Assembly (NCBI GenBank): GCA_002788805.1
Contig: PFRZ01000009.1
Coordinates: 1,464 to 65,463, forward strand
Direction: 5' to 3'
DNA from: Candidatus Roizmanbacteria bacterium CG_4_9_14_0_2_um_filter_35_15
GTDB lineage: Bacteria; Patescibacteriota; Microgenomatia; UBA1406; GWC2-37-13
DNA length: 64,000 nt
Shown: positions 6,168-15,135 of the stretch, piece after piece
Numbering within the stretch: position 1 is the first letter of the stretch
Layout of the letters: every line of letters starts with the position of its first letter
Notes under the pieces: generated by a model
Told to the model about the DNA's origin: nothing
The model's input: only the letters and a program-made list of their open reading frames with translations
Database searches by the model: none
Translations under genes and position numbers: made by a program

Positions 6168-9101
6168 TTACTGCCAGGCTTCGCAGATGATTTTATATGG
6201 ACAGAAATCACACCAACGACCGACTTTGGGATTAAAACCATTGGTTCTTATTTGAGCGATGACTTTTTCAATATCAGCCTTAGCCGATTTTAAATCCTCG
6301 CTGGTTTTCGTGAGAGAAACTTTTTCCATTGCTTGAAGATAATAAAAAGTCAGTTTCACCTGATCAAGTTTTTTCTTATATAGACCTTTGTCAGTGGCCG
6401 CTAAAGCATAAATGGTTAGTTGCCAATCTTTTTTCAGTTTTTTTCCCTCTGGTTTTTTCCCGGTTTTATAATCGATAATTTCAATTTGATTATTTGCTAA
6501 ACGGTCAACTCGATCAATTTTTCCAGTCAGATAGATATCGTTGGTCAGTTTGATTTTAAAGAGCTTTTCCAAATCAATCGTGACAACACTTTTTTTATGG
6601 AATTTTTCTAAATAAGTTTTCAGAATTGTTTCCCCTTCTTTTTTCATTCTTATCTCATGAGATGAGGAAACATAGCCCAAAGGAATCCAGTTCTGCTGAT
6701 AAATCTCTAAAATTTCTTTAGCGCCAATATTTTTATTTTGGAGAAATTCTTGATAAAACTTTTGTAATGTTTTATGAATAGTATTACCAAAAGAAAGAGC
6801 GGCTGAAGGCGTGGTTGGCACCCGTAAAAGATACTGATATTTATATTGAAGCGGACAAAGCTGGTAACTTTGCAGTTGACTATAAGAAAAATTAGAGAGA
6901 ATAAACTTATTTTTGACGATTCTTTCCGGAACTTTTTTATAATCAAAAATTGACAGCTGTTGTTTTTCCTCTTTTTTTAAAGAGGCAACTTTTTTTATCA
7001 TTTCTTCGCCTACGGCTTCGTTGACAAAAGGAGAAAGTTTCTGTTCTCTTTTTCCTTCTCCATAAAACTTAGATGCCGTAAAGAAAGCTTTATCTTTAGC
7101 CCTAGTTATTCCTACATAAAAAAGCCGCCTTTCTTCTTCTTGGTGATAATCGCCTTCTGGCAAAATTTCTTTTATTAAAGGCTGAGGAATAGGAATTATC
7201 TCTCTTTTTTCATAGGTGGGAAAGCGGCCACGGGTTAGATTAACAAGAAAAACCAGCGGAAACTCCAGGCCTTTCGAAGAATGAACTGTTAAAAGGTTGA
7301 CAGCATTATATGAGCTAATATCGGTTTGGCTGACAATCGGCGATTCACCCAGTTCAAGACTCATATCAAGATAGTCAACTACAGCAAAAACCGAAGCATC
7401 CTCGTGTTCTGACTCATAAGCCTTCAGTTTGTTAAAAAATTTTGAGATGTTGAGAGCGATTTTTTCTTCTCGTTCGCTCTTGTAGTTAACCAGTTTGGGA
7501 AGATATTGGGAGTCTTCAAGAAAATAAAAGAGGATTTGACCGGCAGTTTCTTTTTTGATTAAAGATAGATGGCGGACAATCATCTTGAAAATTAACGATA
7601 ATTTTTTTCTTGTTTCTTGTTTGAGAAAAGGCAGATAATTTTTATAGATCGAAAAATCAGTTTGATAATAGTCCTTTTCATAAAAACTAAGATAAATTTC
7701 CATTGACTTAAAAAGAGATAGATTAGTTCTTTTACCAAAAGATAGTAAAAAACTTAGATCTTTTTCATCTAAAGAAAAGATATTCATTGCTAAAACGCGG
7801 TATAAAGAAGTCGAGTCTTCAAGATCAGCGAGAGTTTTAAGATAGGCAATTAAGTCTTTAACCTCTGGTTGTTTTAAAAGCATGCCCGGCCCCAAAAACT
7901 GATAAGGAATACCTTTTCTGGCGAAACTTCTGATAAATGGCTCGGAGTGAGCATTGGCACGGGTGAGGATAGCGAAGTCGGAAAATCGATAGAATTTAGA
8001 TAGCTTTAAAATTTCGTTAGCGACGTAGTCAGCCTCTTCTTCGACAGATTGAGATAGATAGAGAGTTATTGGTGATTGGTTACTAGTTATTAGTGACTGG
8101 TTATTGGCGATGAGCTTTTTAGAAATTCCCAGTTTGGCTTCCAGAGTGTCTGGGTCATTGTGTTTAATCAGTCGGTAGGCGGTGTCAAGAATTAGTTGAT
8201 TGGAACGATAGTTTTTTAATAGGGTAATCTGTTTGGCTTGGGAATAGTCTTTCATAAAGGTCAAAATATTGGAGACCGAGGCGCCACGGAATTTGTAGAT
8301 CGCTTGGGAATCATCTCCGACAACAGTAAGGAAAGGATTCTTTTTTGGGAGACAGAGCAGTTTGATTAGTTCGTATTGAGCAATATTAGTATCTTGAAAT
8401 TCGTCAATTAAAACATAGTGGAACTGTTGCCGGTATTTTTTTAAGAGATTGTTTCTTGTTCTAAAAAGCTTGAGTAGATAATAAATCAGATCAGAGAAAT
8501 CCATCAGTCCTTCTTTTTCTTTTAGTGTTTGATATCTGTGGTAGGCTTTTGCCAGCTCTACATTTTTTTCTAACTCGGTTTTATCTTCTTCATTTTTGAT
8601 TTTTGATTTTTGATTTTTAATATATTTATCGTATTCTTCCGGCGACACATCCTCATCTTTAATTCTTGAGAAATGCTGTAAAAGACTAGCTAAAAATTTA
8701 TTGGGATTACCTAAGGGACGGAAGTAGTTTAGATCAAAGAGAAATAAGTTCTGCCGAAGAAAGATAATTGTCTCTGCTTCGGTCATCAGACGGAAACCGG
8801 AGTTAAGGCCAATATGATGAACTTCTTGCTTAAGGACATCATTAGCAAAAGAATGAAAGGTAGAAATCCACATCTGAAAATAGCCATAGGGTATCGCTTT
8901 ATCAACTCTTTTCTCCATTTCTGATGCTGCTTTTTCTGTAAAAGTGAGAGCAAGAATTTCTTCGGGCCTAGCAAGGTTTTTTTGAATTAAGTATTTGATT
9001 TTTTCAGTAATGACAGTGGTTTTTCCCGTGCCTGCTCCGGCAACAATCAGAAGCGGTCCTTGATTATATTCCACCGCCTGTTTTTGTTCGTTATTTAACA
9101 T
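6168..9101 (-). CDS. UvrD/Rep-family helicase fused to a C-terminal RecB/Cas4-like PD-(D/E)XK nuclease with a Cys cluster
   Basis: AGAGTGKTT, VLIDEFQDTN, VGDDSQAIYKFRGA, VHSSKGLEF, YVGITRAK. The C-terminus has CPLQYKY .. IDYKTGK .. CDFCPYKIIC. Confidence 0.8.
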   Translation of the reverse strand: MLNNEQKQAVEYNQGPLLIVAGAGTGKTTVITEKIKYLIQKNLARPEEILALTFTEKAASEMEKRVDKAIPYGYFQMWISTFHSFANDVLKQEVHHIGLNSGFRLMTEAETIIFLRQNLFLFDLNYFRPLGNPNKFLASLLQHFSRIKDEDVSPEEYDKYIKNQKSKIKNEEDKTELEKNVELAKAYHRYQTLKEKEGLMDFSDLIYYLLKLFRTRNNLLKKYRQQFHYVLIDEFQDTNIAQYELIKLLCLPKKNPFLTVVGDDSQAIYKFRGASVSNILTFMKDYSQAKQITLLKNYRSNQLILDTAYRLIKHNDPDTLEAKLGISKKLIANNQSLITSNQSPITLYLSQSVEEEADYVANEILKLSKFYRFSDFAILTRANAHSEPFIRSFARKGIPYQFLGPGMLLKQPEVKDLIAYLKTLADLEDSTSLYRVLAMNIFSLDEKDLSFLLSFGKRTNLSLFKSMEIYLSFYEKDYYQTDFSIYKNYLPFLKQETRKKLSLIFKMIVRHLSLIKKETAGQILFYFLEDSQYLPKLVNYKSEREEKIALNISKFFNKLKAYESEHEDASVFAVVDYLDMSLELGESPIVSQTDISSYNAVNLLTVHSSKGLEFPLVFLVNLTRGRFPTYEKREIIPIPQPLIKEILPEGDYHQEEERRLFYVGITRAKDKAFFTASKFYGEGKREQKLSPFVNEAVGEEMIKKVASLKKEEKQQLSIFDYKKVPERIVKNKFILSNFSYSQLQSYQLCPLQYKYQYLLRVPTTPSAALSFGNTIHKTLQKFYQEFLQNKNIGAKEILEIYQQNWIPLGYVSSSHEIRMKKEGETILKTYLEKFHKKSVVTIDLEKLFKIKLTNDIYLTGKIDRVDRLANNQIEIIDYKTGKKPEGKKLKKDWQLTIYALAATDKGLYKKKLDQVKLTFYYLQAMEKVSLTKTSEDLKSAKADIEKVIAQIRTNGFNPKVGRWCDFCPYKIICEAWQ
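8065..8108. repeat. 8-nt-period array inside the helicase ORF (gttattgg tgattggt tactagtt attagtga ctggttat)
   Basis: Read directly. It encodes NNQSLITSNQSPITL on the minus strand. Confidence 0.6.
8592..8623. repeat. Tandem ATTTTTGA octamers inside the helicase ORF
   Basis: atttttgatttttgatttttgatttttaat encodes IKNQKSKIKNEE on the minus strand. Confidence 0.7.
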
Positions 9102-9150
9102 TTATGATTATTTTAACATTTTTATAAAAAATATCCTTGACAGTATCCCC

Positions 9151-9179
9151 TTGACTTTTTTGTGATTTACCGTTATTAT
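9151..9179 (+). promoter_or_regulatory. Candidate sigma70-type promoter for tuf
   Basis: TTGACT, then 17 nt, then TATTAT, about 70 nt upstream of the tuf ATG. A second TTGACA lies at 9137. AT-rich background makes chance matches likely. Confidence 0.3.
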
Positions 9180-9251
9180 AAAAATGAAATAATTTAAAAG
9201 CCTTCATAAAAATAGGCTTGCTTTATTTTATTATTAATTTTATTAACTATT

Positions 9252-10436
9252 ATGGCACAAGGTGTATTTCAGAGGAATAAACCTCATTTAAATATTGGAA
9301 CAATTGGTCATGTAGACCACGGAAAAACCACTTTAACTTCGGCGATTCATTATGTTCTTTCCAAAAAAGGTCAAGCACAGTTTTTAAAGTATGAAGATAT
9401 TGATAAAGCTCCAGAGGAAAGAGCTAGAGGCGTTACCATTAATCTTCACCACAGCGAATACGAAACCGATAAGCGTCATTACGCTCACATTGACGCTCCA
9501 GGACATGCTGACTATATTAAAAACATGATTACTGGAGCAGCCCAGATGGATGGAGCGATTTTAGTCGTTTCTGCGCCAGATGGACCGATGCCGCAAACCA
9601 GAGAGCATATTCTTTTAGCTCGTCAGGTTAATGTACCGGCCATTATTGTCTTTTTAAATAAAACTGACATGGTGGCTGATAAAGAAATTCTTGATCTGGT
9701 TGAGATGGAGGTTCGCGATCTGTTAACGAAATATAAATTTCCTGGAGACAAAATTCCGGTGATTCGCGGATCAGCTCTTAAAGCATTAGCTGATGATCCA
9801 GAAGCAATTAAGTCGATTGAAGAACTAATTGCCAAAGTTGACGAATATATTCCAGAGCCGGTCAGACCAGTTGACAAACCGTTCTTAATGCCCATTGAAG
9901 ACGTTTTCACTATTTCCGGTCGAGGAACTGTGGTTACCGGAAGAGTAGAAAGAGGAATCTGCAAGATTAACGATGAGGTGGAAATTGTGGGTATTAAAGA
10001 AACGAAAAAAACCGTCGTCACCGGAGTGGAGATGTTTAGAAAAACTCTTGATGAGGCGAGAGCAGGGGACAATGTTGGTCTACTTTTAAGAGGAGTGGAA
10101 AAAGACGATGTTTTAAGAGGTCAAGTAGTGGCCAAACCAGGCTCAATTACTCCTCATACTGAATTTGAGGCGGAGATCTATGTCTTAACTAAAGAAGAAG
10201 GTGGTCGTCATACTCCTTTTTTCAAAGGCTATCGACCACAGTTCTATATCAAAACCACCGATATTACCGGTGAAGTTCAGTTGCCGGCGGGAGTGGAAAT
10301 GGTTATGCCAGGAGACAATATTAAGATTACCGCTAAACTAATCTATCCGGTGGCAATGGAAGAGGGACTAAAGTTCGCTATTCGTGAGGGTGGCCATACG
10401 GTCGGAGCAGGAGTAGTGATTAAAATCATTAAATGA
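9252..10436 (+). CDS. tuf: Elongation factor Tu
   Basis: [28 protein letters not shown]; full-length at 394 aa. Confidence 0.97.
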   Translation: MAQGVFQRNKPHLNIGTIGHVDHGKTTLTSAIHYVLSKKGQAQFLKYEDIDKAPEERARGVTINLHHSEYETDKRHYAHIDAPGHADYIKNMITGAAQMDGAILVVSAPDGPMPQTREHILLARQVNVPAIIVFLNKTDMVADKEILDLVEMEVRDLLTKYKFPGDKIPVIRGSALKALADDPEAIKSIEELIAKVDEYIPEPVRPVDKPFLMPIEDVFTISGRGTVVTGRVERGICKINDEVEIVGIKETKKTVVTGVEMFRKTLDEARAGDNVGLLLRGVEKDDVLRGQVVAKPGSITPHTEFEAEIYVLTKEEGGRHTPFFKGYRPQFYIKTTDITGEVQLPAGVEMVMPGDNIKITAKLIYPVAMEEGLKFAIREGGHTVGAGVVIKIIK

Positions 10437-10505
10437 TTCCAATCTACGAATGAATTCGAATCAACTAATATTTGTAGATTAGTATAAATTAGTAGATTAG
10501 AATCT
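10436..10505 (+). repeat. 70-nt dispersed repeat, family C, copy 1
   Basis: attccaatctacgaatgaattcgaatcaactaatatttgtagattagtataaattagtagattagaatct. Its reverse complement recurs at 27689-27758. Confidence 0.85.
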
Positions 10506-10521
10506 TAATTTGCACCTTAAT

Positions 10522-10830
10522 ATGCCGAAAGGAAGAATAAGAATTAGACTGAAGTCATATGATCACAGATTAATCGATGAAACCTGTCAAAAGATTGTTG
10601 ATACGGCAATCAGGACAGGTGCTTCAATTATTGGTCCGATTCCTCTTCCGACAAAAAAAGAGGTTTATGTTGTTAATAAAGCACCCTTTATTGATAAAAA
10701 CGCCCGCGAACATTTCGGCTTAAAAATTCATAAAAGATTAATTGATATTGTCAATCCCACTAATCAAACCATTGATTCTCTTATGCATCTTGAACTTCCC
10801 GCTGGTGTTGAGGTTGAGGTAAAGATGTAG
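10522..10830 (+). CDS. rpsJ: 30S ribosomal protein S10
   Basis: MPKGRIRIRLKSYDHRLID... The start was moved from the track's TTG to the ATG. Confidence 0.95.
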   Translation: MPKGRIRIRLKSYDHRLIDETCQKIVDTAIRTGASIIGPIPLPTKKEVYVVNKAPFIDKNAREHFGLKIHKRLIDIVNPTNQTIDSLMHLELPAGVEVEVKM

Positions 10831-10943
10831 ACTATCCTTCATTTTCATTTGACCGCCAGAAATTCATAGTATATAATTTGTAAACATGTTAATTATCCTT
10901 TGTTCGGGAACTAAGGATTAATATTTTTTCCGGATTGGAATTT

Positions 10944-10970
10944 ATAGCCCCAATCTGGGGCTATTTTTTT
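10944..10970 (+). terminator. Intrinsic-terminator-like hairpin (AUAGCCCC-AAUCU-GGGGCUAU plus U-run) abutting the rplC ATG; possible attenuator or SD sequestrator
   Basis: 8-bp perfect stem, 5-nt loop and a T-run that reaches the ATG at 10971. Confidence 0.5.
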
Positions 10971-11669
10971 ATGACAGGATTTATTTTAGGAGAAAAATCA
11001 GAACAGTCACAGACTTTTAATGATAAAGGAGAGAGAATTCCAACGACTTTTATTAAGACGACTAACTGTTATCTTCTTGATATCACTACTCCTCAAAAAA
11101 GAGGCTATTTTGCTGTTAAACTTGGATTTGGTCAGAGCAAAAACATCAAAAAACCAGTTCAAGGAGAGTTAACAAAAGCGGGGATAAAAACCCCGCTTCG
11201 TTTTTTGAAAGAAATTCGTTTGGACTTTCCTGTTACCCGAAAGAAGAGTTTAAAAGACAAGGTAAAGTTAATTGAAGAAGACGGTAAAAAAGGGCTTTCA
11301 ATAAAAGAAGTAAAAATCTTTGTTGGTGAGCCTTTAAAAACCGCCGCTCTTTTTAAAAAAGGGGATCAAATAGCTGTTTCTGGGATTTCTAAAGGAAAAG
11401 GTTTTCAAGGAGTGGTGAAGCGTCATCACTTTAAAGGTGGACCGAGAACTCATGGTCAATCTCATAGCGAGAGGGCGCCGGGATCAGTGGGAATGACAAC
11501 AACGCCGGGCCGAATCTTTAAAGGTAAAAGAATGGCTGGTCGGATGGGAGGGGAAAGAGTCACTATTAAATATTTACAAGTAGTCGAAGTAAAAGAAGAA
11601 GGATTATTAATTAAGGGATTAGTTCCTGGCTATAGGGGAGCTTTATTAGAAGTGATAGCCGAACAATAA
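10971..11669 (+). CDS. rplC: 50S ribosomal protein L3
   Basis: MTGFILGEKSEQSQTF.., FKGGPRTHGQSHSERAPGSVG. The start was set at an internal Met. Confidence 0.95.
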   Translation: MTGFILGEKSEQSQTFNDKGERIPTTFIKTTNCYLLDITTPQKRGYFAVKLGFGQSKNIKKPVQGELTKAGIKTPLRFLKEIRLDFPVTRKKSLKDKVKLIEEDGKKGLSIKEVKIFVGEPLKTAALFKKGDQIAVSGISKGKGFQGVVKRHHFKGGPRTHGQSHSERAPGSVGMTTTPGRIFKGKRMAGRMGGERVTIKYLQVVEVKEEGLLIKGLVPGYRGALLEVIAEQ

Positions 11670-11677
11670 ATCATAAA

Positions 11678-12349
11678 ATGGCTAAGGTTAAAAAAGAAAC
11701 AAGTGGTCTATCAATTCCTGTTTATGGTTTAAAAGGCGAGAAGACAGGAGAACTGAAGTTAGCAAAAGAGATTTTTAAAGTAAAAATGAACCCTAAACTT
11801 TTAGCTCAATATGTTCATGTCTATTTAACTAATCAAAGACAGGGGACAGCTTCGGCTAAGACCCGAGGAGAGGTTTCCGGTTCAACCAGGAAGATCTATC
11901 GACAAAAAGGCACTGGTCGAGCGAGACATGGTTCTATTAAAGCTCCGATTTTTGTCGGAGGAGGAATAGTCGGCGGACCAAAACCAAAAGATTATTTTTT
12001 AAAGATGAATAAAAAACAAAAAAAACAGGCATTATTTAGCGCTTTAAGTCTAAAATTGGCGGAAAAAAATATCATTGCTTTTAATAAGACCATCTTTAAT
12101 ATTGAGCCAAAAACAAAAATAATAGATAGTCTTCTTGCGAAAATCGGTTTAAATGAAAAAAAGGTGGTTTTTATTTTACCAAAGATGGAAAAAAACAACT
12201 TTATCTTAGCCGTAAGGAATATTCCTCATCTGGTTGTTACTGATGCCGTATCTTTAAACGCCTATCAAGTATTAGAGAATCATTTTTTAGTTTTTATTGA
12301 CAAGGCAGTAGAAGTTTTTTATCAACATTTTTTTAAACATGAAGATTAA
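11678..12349 (+). CDS. rplD: 50S ribosomal protein L4
   Basis: QRQGTASAKTRGEVSGSTRKIYRQKGTGRARHGS. Confidence 0.93.
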   Translation: MAKVKKETSGLSIPVYGLKGEKTGELKLAKEIFKVKMNPKLLAQYVHVYLTNQRQGTASAKTRGEVSGSTRKIYRQKGTGRARHGSIKAPIFVGGGIVGGPKPKDYFLKMNKKQKKQALFSALSLKLAEKNIIAFNKTIFNIEPKTKIIDSLLAKIGLNEKKVVFILPKMEKNNFILAVRNIPHLVVTDAVSLNAYQVLENHFLVFIDKAVEVFYQHFFKHED

Positions 12350-12626
12350 TGAAGTCTTAGTTGGTCCGGTATTAACAGAAAAGGCGACTAATTTAGCCAA
12401 GAATCAGACCTATATGTTTGAGGTTCATCTTAAAGCTTCTAAACCCCAGATAAAGACAGCGGTGGAAAAACTTTTTCCCGTTAAAGTTGCCAAGGTCCGT
12501 CTTTTTATTAGAAAAGGTAAGGTAAAAAAAGTCGGTCGGAGGATGAAAGCTAAAAAAACCTCTAGCCAGAAACTAGCCTATGTTAAGTTAAGGGAGGGAA
12601 AACTTGATCTGTTTCCTCAAACCTAA
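12339..12626 (+). CDS. rplW: 50S ribosomal protein L23
   Basis: Position, size and LTEKAT.. FEVHLKASKPQIKTAVEKLF. Confidence 0.93.
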   Translation: MKINEVLVGPVLTEKATNLAKNQTYMFEVHLKASKPQIKTAVEKLFPVKVAKVRLFIRKGKVKKVGRRMKAKKTSSQKLAYVKLREGKLDLFPQT

Positions 12627-12628
12627 AT

Positions 12629-13405
12629 ATGAATAAACAAAATTTAATAGATAAAAAAGCTAAGCTAGTCAAGAGCTTAAGATTTATTCTAAAAAATAGA
12701 GCTGGTAGAGACTCAAGTGGAACTGTATCTGTTCGTCATCGAGGCCATCGCAGTAAAAGATATTATCGAATCATTGATTTTAAAAGAGATAAAAAAGATA
12801 TTCCCGCAACCGTATTAAGAATTGAGAAAGACCCTTATCGTAACTCCCTAATCGCTTTAGTGAAATATCAAGATGGTCAGTTAAGATATGTTTTACAGTC
12901 TAATGGGCTTAAAGTTGGCGATAAAATAATCAATTCGGAAAAAGCAGAAATAAAAAACGGCAACAGTCTGCCTTTAAAAAATATTCCTATTGGCATCAGC
13001 GTTCATAATATTGAGTTATATCCTGGACAAGGTGGTCAGATGGTAAGAGCAGCTGGTGGAATGGCCACGGTTATTGCTAAAGAAGATAAATATGTTCATT
13101 TAAAATTACTCTCAGGAGAGATAAGGAAGTTTGCTGAAAACTGTTGGGCGACTGTTGGTCAAGTAGGCAATATTAATCATAAGGATGAAGTAATTGGTAA
13201 AGCCGGAAGAAAAATTAGGATGGGAATCAGACCGACAGTCCGTGGTACGGCCCAAAATCCTCGTAGTCATCCTCATGGAGGAGGAGAAGGCAGAAGTGGT
13301 GAAGGCATGCATCCGAAGACGCCGTGGGGGAAGCAAGCTCGAGGTAAAAAAACCAGGAAAAATCGTCTTTGGAGTGATTTTTTAATTATTCAAAGAAGAA
13401 AATAA
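12629..13405 (+). CDS. rplB: 50S ribosomal protein L2
   Basis: GRDSSGTVSVRHRGH, RGTAQNPRSHPHGGGEGRS. Confidence 0.96.
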   Translation: MNKQNLIDKKAKLVKSLRFILKNRAGRDSSGTVSVRHRGHRSKRYYRIIDFKRDKKDIPATVLRIEKDPYRNSLIALVKYQDGQLRYVLQSNGLKVGDKIINSEKAEIKNGNSLPLKNIPIGISVHNIELYPGQGGQMVRAAGGMATVIAKEDKYVHLKLLSGEIRKFAENCWATVGQVGNINHKDEVIGKAGRKIRMGIRPTVRGTAQNPRSHPHGGGEGRSGEGMHPKTPWGKQARGKKTRKNRLWSDFLIIQRRK

Positions 13406-13414
13406 TCAACAACT

Positions 13415-13822
13415 ATGGAATCAAAAACCTATCTAAAAAATTTAAAAATTTCACCTAAAAAATTGAGGTTTTTATTACCGGCAGTGAAAAAAATGAAACC
13501 GGCTAAATCTTTGGACTACCTGTTTTATACAAACAATAAACCAGCTAAAGTACTGTATCAAGTAATAAAGTCAGCGATATCTAACGCAAAAACTCTCTTA
13601 AAAGTCAGTGATGATATGTTAAACTTTAAGCTTTTAACAGTAGAAGAAGGACAAAAACTAAAGAGATCTCGACCAGGCGGAAGAGGCACTGCAAAACCAA
13701 TAATAAAAAGAATGAGCCATATTAAAATAGTACTTGAAGCATCAGAAATTCCAAATTCTAAGCACCAAATTACAAATAAATCCCAAATTCAAAATTCTAA
13801 ATCCAAAACAAAAAAAATTTAG
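13415..13822 (+). CDS. rplV: 50S ribosomal protein L22 with a repeat-encoded C-terminal tail
   Basis: LKISPKKLRFLLPAVKKM.. core. The last ~25 aa (SEIPNSKHQITNKSQIQNSKSKTKKI) are encoded by the repeat at 13746-13806. Confidence 0.9.
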   Translation: MESKTYLKNLKISPKKLRFLLPAVKKMKPAKSLDYLFYTNNKPAKVLYQVIKSAISNAKTLLKVSDDMLNFKLLTVEEGQKLKRSRPGGRGTAKPIIKRMSHIKIVLEASEIPNSKHQITNKSQIQNSKSKTKKI

Positions 13823-13866
13823 TATTTAGAGTTTATTTGGGATTTGGAATTTAGTATTTAGAATTT
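13746..13866. repeat. Imperfect palindrome of 8-nt-period AAAT-core units centred near the rplV stop codon
   Basis: The left arm ccaaattc taagcacc aaattaca aataaatc ccaaattc aaaattct pairs against the right arm tatttaga gtttattt gggatttg gaatttag tatttaga. Confidence 0.7.
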
Positions 13867-13875
13867 ATAAAAAAT

Positions 13876-14511
13876 ATGGGACAAAAAGTTAATCCAAATG
13901 GTCTACGACTAGGCGTGATCCGCAACTGGAATTCGCGCTGGTTCTTCTCTGATAAAAAAGCTTACCGAAAAGCTCTAGAATCTGATATTAAAATCAGAAA
14001 TTTATTAATGGATAAGTTATCCTTTGCTTCGGTTACCCAGATTGATATTGAACGGGCAATTAATAAAATCACTGTTATTATCTATTCGGTTAAGCCAGGG
14101 ATGATTATTGGTCGAGGAGGAAAAGGCCTTGAGGAGATAAAAAACCAATTGAGTAAATTTTTTAAAATAAAGAAAGCTAAAGAAATGAAGATAGATCTGA
14201 AAATAGAACCGGTTAAAAAACCATATCTTAATGCTTATTATGTTGCCCAATCAATCGCCGAAAAGTTGGTAAAAGGATTTACTCATCGGTCAGTAGTTCA
14301 TCGGACGATGACTCGAGTGATTGAAGAAGGTGCCAAAGGAATAAAAGTTCAGTTAGGAGGAAGAATAGCTGGAGCAGAAATCTCCAGGCGGGAAAAGTAT
14401 TTTCAAGGAACTATTCCTACATCTACTATAAGAGAAGATATTGATTACGCTAATTATCCGGCCTTAACAAGATCAGGATATATTGGGGTTAAGATTTGGA
14501 TATGTAAATAG
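13876..14511 (+). CDS. rpsC: 30S ribosomal protein S3
   Basis: MGQKVNPNGLRLGVIRNWNSRWF. Confidence 0.95.
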   Translation: MGQKVNPNGLRLGVIRNWNSRWFFSDKKAYRKALESDIKIRNLLMDKLSFASVTQIDIERAINKITVIIYSVKPGMIIGRGGKGLEEIKNQLSKFFKIKKAKEMKIDLKIEPVKKPYLNAYYVAQSIAEKLVKGFTHRSVVHRTMTRVIEEGAKGIKVQLGGRIAGAEISRREKYFQGTIPTSTIREDIDYANYPALTRSGYIGVKIWICK

Positions 14512-14512
14512 T

Positions 14513-14923
14513 ATGCTAGCGCCAAAGAGACAAAAATTTAGAAAACAGTTTAGAGGAACTTTCCGAAGACTAGCAGTTAAAGGTGAAAAACTTAATTCTG
14601 GTAACTATGGTTTAAAGACATTGACTACTGGTTGGATTAAGGACAAAGAAATAGAAGCCAGTCGAATAATTTTAGCGAGAGCAACCAGAAAGAGTGGCAA
14701 ATTCTGGATAAGGATTTTTCCCGATAAGCCGTTTACGAAAAAACCGCCCGAAGTGACCATGGGAGCAGGAAAAGGCGATGTCGCTTATTATGTAGCCGTC
14801 GTGGCTCCAGGAAGAATTTTATTTGAGATTGACGGTTTGCCTAAAGAAGAGAGTAAGATAGTTTTAAAGATTGTCGCTTCGAAGCTTTCTGTTAAAACCA
14901 AAGTTATTAGTAAAGAACTATGA
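14513..14923 (+). CDS. rplP: 50S ribosomal protein L16
   Basis: MLAPKRQKFRKQFRG. The start was set at an internal Met just after the rpsC stop. Confidence 0.95.
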   Translation: MLAPKRQKFRKQFRGTFRRLAVKGEKLNSGNYGLKTLTTGWIKDKEIEASRIILARATRKSGKFWIRIFPDKPFTKKPPEVTMGAGKGDVAYYVAVVAPGRILFEIDGLPKEESKIVLKIVASKLSVKTKVISKEL

Positions 14924-15135
14924 AAAAAACCACTAAAAAATATCAAGAAAAAGATATCAGTGAATTAAAAAAAGAGAGCTTAAGGCTTAGAGAAGAAATC
15001 GCCAAACTTAAATTAACCAACCAGATAAAACCGCCAAAAGACACTAATTTTTTAATAAAAAAAAGAAAAGAATTAGCCGTTTTATTAACAGTTCTCTCGG
15101 AAAAAGAGGTTTATGAAAAAAATCCTAATCGGTAA
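14920..15135 (+). CDS. rpmC: 50S ribosomal protein L29
   Basis: Position, size and LRLREEIAKLKL. Confidence 0.85.
   Translation: MKKTTKKYQEKDISELKKESLRLREEIAKLKLTNQIKPPKDTNFLIKKRKELAVLLTVLSEKEVYEKNPNR

Noticed and set aside
9623-10072. 149-aa antisense ORF inside tuf. Similar antisense or out-of-frame ORFs from the track are 118-312, 3693-3935, 4501-4683, 6707-6946, 8786-8974, 11992-12198, 13112-13336, 13194-13385, 14017-14250, 15539-15736, 16073-16408, 16994-17191, 20375-20593, 23882-24082, 25176-25397, 26677-26862, 28877-29116, 29932-30210, 32294-32509, 34856-35083, 35160-35357, 43410-43667, 44834-45112, 45647-45850, 48568-48798, 50772-50969, 55344-55562, 56914-57207, 57215-57851, 58500-58682, 60557-60760, 62113-62313 and 62448-62630.
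   Set aside because: Each lies within a confidently identified gene on the other strand or in another frame. They have low-complexity or odd composition and no recognisable motifs, and are typical shadow ORFs.
9252-10436. Alternative genetic code (UGA = Gly, code 25) as in some CPR lineages.
   Set aside because: tuf, the ABC ATPase, infA, rpmJ, rpmG and other conserved genes terminate at UGA at the expected lengths. All ORFs are intact under the standard code.
10510-10521. Longer N-termini given by the ORF track for rpsJ (TTG), rplC (10935), rplP (14483), rplF (17629), DUF4012 (31983, GTG), the kinase-like orphan (33837, TTG) and kamA (59601).
   Set aside because: The extensions overlap upstream genes or structured spacers and add non-conserved residues. 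Canonical N-terminal sequences begin at internal ATG codons.
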